A stretch of 64,000 nt of DNA from the NCBI GenBank assembly GCA_012295275.1, contig CM022673.1, forward strand, positions 23,870,001-23,934,000. The letters are read 5' to 3'. This DNA comes from Chrysomallon squamiferum. Its lineage: Eukaryota > Animalia > Mollusca. Of this stretch, positions 14,219 to 64,000 are shown in pieces; position 1 is the first letter of the stretch; each line of letters starts with the position of its first letter. A program made the position numbers and the translations under genes. Under the pieces are notes generated by a model that made no database searches, had not been told where the DNA came from, and was given only the letters and a program-made list of their open reading frames with translations.

Positions 14219-15670
14219 CAGGGTTCGACATTAATTTTTCTAATTACTAGAACTGTGGACTAGTTTGTCTTAGAAATTATTAGACCTAATATCAACTAGA
14301 ACAAACTGTTGAATAACAAAATATACCTTAAGCAGCAATCATTTTGTTAAACTTTGCTTCGTATTGCATATTATTTGAAGAGTATACAGAATAATTAACC
14401 AATGTAACTATATTTGAACAGAACATTGAAAAAACATCGTACTGTAACATTTTTTTTTTTTTTTTTTTTATTTTACTCATGACTTAACAATATTAAACGT
14501 TAAAAGTTAACGCTTGTAGTCTTATTACACTGGAATAAGCCAATCTGTCTCTGTGGCAAACAATGCAACATCACTTCTCGAAGAATATCCATATAGACGT
14601 TTCAGTTGAGTTTGAATAGTCACTTTTGTACACAGACTGGTCATGGCTATTTTTATCTACATCAATTCCATGGGATTATGCCCACCTTGTCACCACAGTT
14701 CCAATGCTTGTAGTGCACTGTAATCTGAAACAATTGTGTGTTGTGACAGCTTGCCACGTTTGATGACAAAATTTTGTTTATGTTTTTATGTGACGTGGAC
14801 TCATGTTTTTTTTTTGCATCAGTTCTAAATCTCCCAACAGTTTGATATTTTCTACTTGGGATGTAGAACATGGTATCGCTTTCTTCGTTGTAGTCAAACC
14901 ACGAGAACTCGTCTTTCCATTTCTAGCAGAACTGTTGTTTTCGCTTTTCTTTTTCATATTTATCTTTAGATTCTGCCTTACCCTTCTTTTCTTGGACAAA
15001 TCAATTTCTGCCGGGTCTTTGTCAGATGAAAATGCGTATTTACGCAGGTTCATGTTTTCTGCTCGATTAACCACGTGTAAACAACCCGAAAACTGAATCG
15101 ATTGTGGAAACTCGTAAAATATTTATTCAAAGACTGTACTCAGTTGTGTTTTGCATTTTACTGCCCTATTCTATTTAATGGGGAAAAAAAAAAAAAAAAA
15201 AAATGACATTATTTATGCGTACGAAATTTAGCACGCGCACACTCTATATTCAGCAAATCTCGATCGGTTCGGGTCAGTCGGAACACCTCGTCATATTCCG
15301 CTACGCTAATATTTCAAAGAAATGTACGAGATGTTCCGAATGTATCATGACGTATGGAATCGACCGAGTTGAAACGAATGCCGCCTCTACAAAAATTTCC
15401 ATATTCGTCAGTGGTCAGCGCTAAGTCGGGATTGTTTAGTTATTTACCGCCGTACGTCACGTCTATTTATAGAACCTGGGATTTCCTCGTCAAAAATTTA
15501 ATAATCCTGATGATTGAACAGGGAATGTATTGATGTTTGAAGGATCACTGGATAGCAAGCAAATTAATTCACCGTTCATACATTATTAACACGACCAGTC
15601 GGGCTAGTCAGAAACAGTTATGATTAGCCCGAACCAGCCGTTTACTAGACAATGTCGTTTGGACGTGCCT
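14219..15670 (-). mobile_element. Decayed hAT-like DNA transposon derivative carrying a pseudogenised TTF-type zinc-finger N-terminus
   Basis: Starts CAGGGTTCGACATT, and only AATGTCG remains as a partial inverted end near 15651. Minus strand ~14790-14970 reads KYEKEKRKQQFC*KWKDEFSWFDYNEESDTMFYIPSRKY..FRTDAKKKHESTSH, matching R-F-x-W-x3-F-x-W-x-x-Y...MFCxxC...HE-S-x-x-H with a stop and lost Cys. It interrupts a minisatellite. Confidence 0.6.
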
Positions 15671-17135
15671 TTCTGTATACAAGTTAATGTTTGTATCAGC
15701 TTGCAGTTGTAAAAATATACAAGTTAATTGTATCAGCTTGTAGTTGTAAAAAAGCATTCAAATTAGCTGAAACACTGACTACACACTATTGTTACAACTA
15801 TAAGTGGACACAAACATTAACTTTATACTTTTTCTTGCAGTTACATGATACAAACACTAACTTGTATATTTTTCTTATAATCACTCACTGGTACAAACTG
15901 TATCAGGCGTTTACGTCTTCCGATTAAACATTTCTTACGGTTTATACTGGTTCAAATGGCAGCTTGCACACGCATATCTGGTACAAACAACAACTGATGC
16001 ATTTTTGATAGAACTACACAGCGAATAAACGACTAACAAGTATACCTTAAAACTGAACGGTAGTGGAACAGTAAATGAGTTTCATTTCTGACAGCTACAT
16101 GGTGATATACACAGTAGACAGTTTATGATATTTACAAATGACGATAGTGGAATCAGCATTTCTAGTACATAACTGTCGACTAACTGGTTCTTTGCCACAA
16201 ATTATGATGCGAAGGTCACAAAATGCAAAATGATTACGATCATCGAAAAAAAAGAGGAATGTTTGGACACGTATAACTGAAATTAGTCATGCTGGATACG
16301 TAGACATTTCAGGAGTTGAGAATTCGTGTTAAATAATCAATTCAGTATTAAAAGAAAATTTTGTTTGAACAAGTTTGTTGCTTACAAGCTACATTTTAAA
16401 CTATTACTTATTATTGTAATATAACCAAAATGATTAATAAATAAATATAAAGCCTTTTGAAATAACTATTAAATATTTTACATCTATATACAGAGATAGA
16501 GAAACAGATAAATAGATGGATAGATAGACAGACATATTAAATAGCTGTTTCAAATTATGTGTTCTGATTTGATCCTTTTCAGTCATTTTAATTAATTTAT
16601 GTTTCTTGATACAAACGAATTGTGAAGCGTTTCATTTTTTATTGTCCTAAGTTTTAGTTAGTTAATTTATTTAATATCTCATTCTGCCGTTGCCATTAAT
16701 GTTATACGTCTCCTGTCTTAACAATTGTTTAAACATAATTACGTCTAACACAACAAATAAAATAGAAAATGTTTATTCCAAATAAAATGAGTAAAATGCA
16801 GTAGTATATCACAGTTTAGTATAGACAAACACAGTTGTTAATAAATATAACGAAAAGTATATTATATACAAATACAAATAAATTTGGCTAAATAAATATT
16901 AATGTCACTTTAACAAAATGTAACTATATACAAAGGAATTTACTTTTTTCTGTCTATAAAACTATTTACAACCTTTAGACAGTTATGTATGATCAACGGA
17001 AAAATAGTAACAAGCCATTTAAGAAACAACAATAAACGATATTATAAACAAAAAATTATTTTTTTTTTATAAATTTGATGTTAGATTTATTTTATAAATG
17101 TTTTAAGTGATATATAAATGACAGTAAAACAGTCT

Positions 17136-64000
<46,865 letters not shown>

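Overview
AT-rich, intron-containing animal DNA (probably an invertebrate; the species cannot be determined from sequence alone) with many microsatellites and minisatellites. Two minus-strand genes can be spliced by hand. (1) A complete 12-coding-exon PTGR3/ZADH2 gene (12179->5748, about 349 aa, C-terminal SKL). Its last two exons and 3' flank are tandemly duplicated (about 1.9 kb) across a 7-bp microhomology. (2) A giant single-pass membrane protein gene that enters from the right edge and ends at 17136, with more than 5,600 codons in the window. From N to C it has 16 near-identical two-exon units [EGF + an unrecognised 156-aa four-Cys domain], 23 near-identical EGF exons, 4 unique EGFs, Cys-rich DCxGxCGG repeats, IPT/TIG-like modules, a PKD/REJ-like region, a furin-type RRRR|S site, a GAIN/GPS with an intact HL|T motif, one TM helix and a short tail with two VxP motifs. 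Both arrays consist of phase-1 symmetric exons homogenised together with their introns. They show subfamilies, mosaic copies and an excess of amino-acid-changing differences, and are the most interesting system here. A Tc1/mariner-superfamily MITE and a decayed hAT-like element are also present. Most ORFs in the supplied track are microsatellite or exon read-through artefacts.
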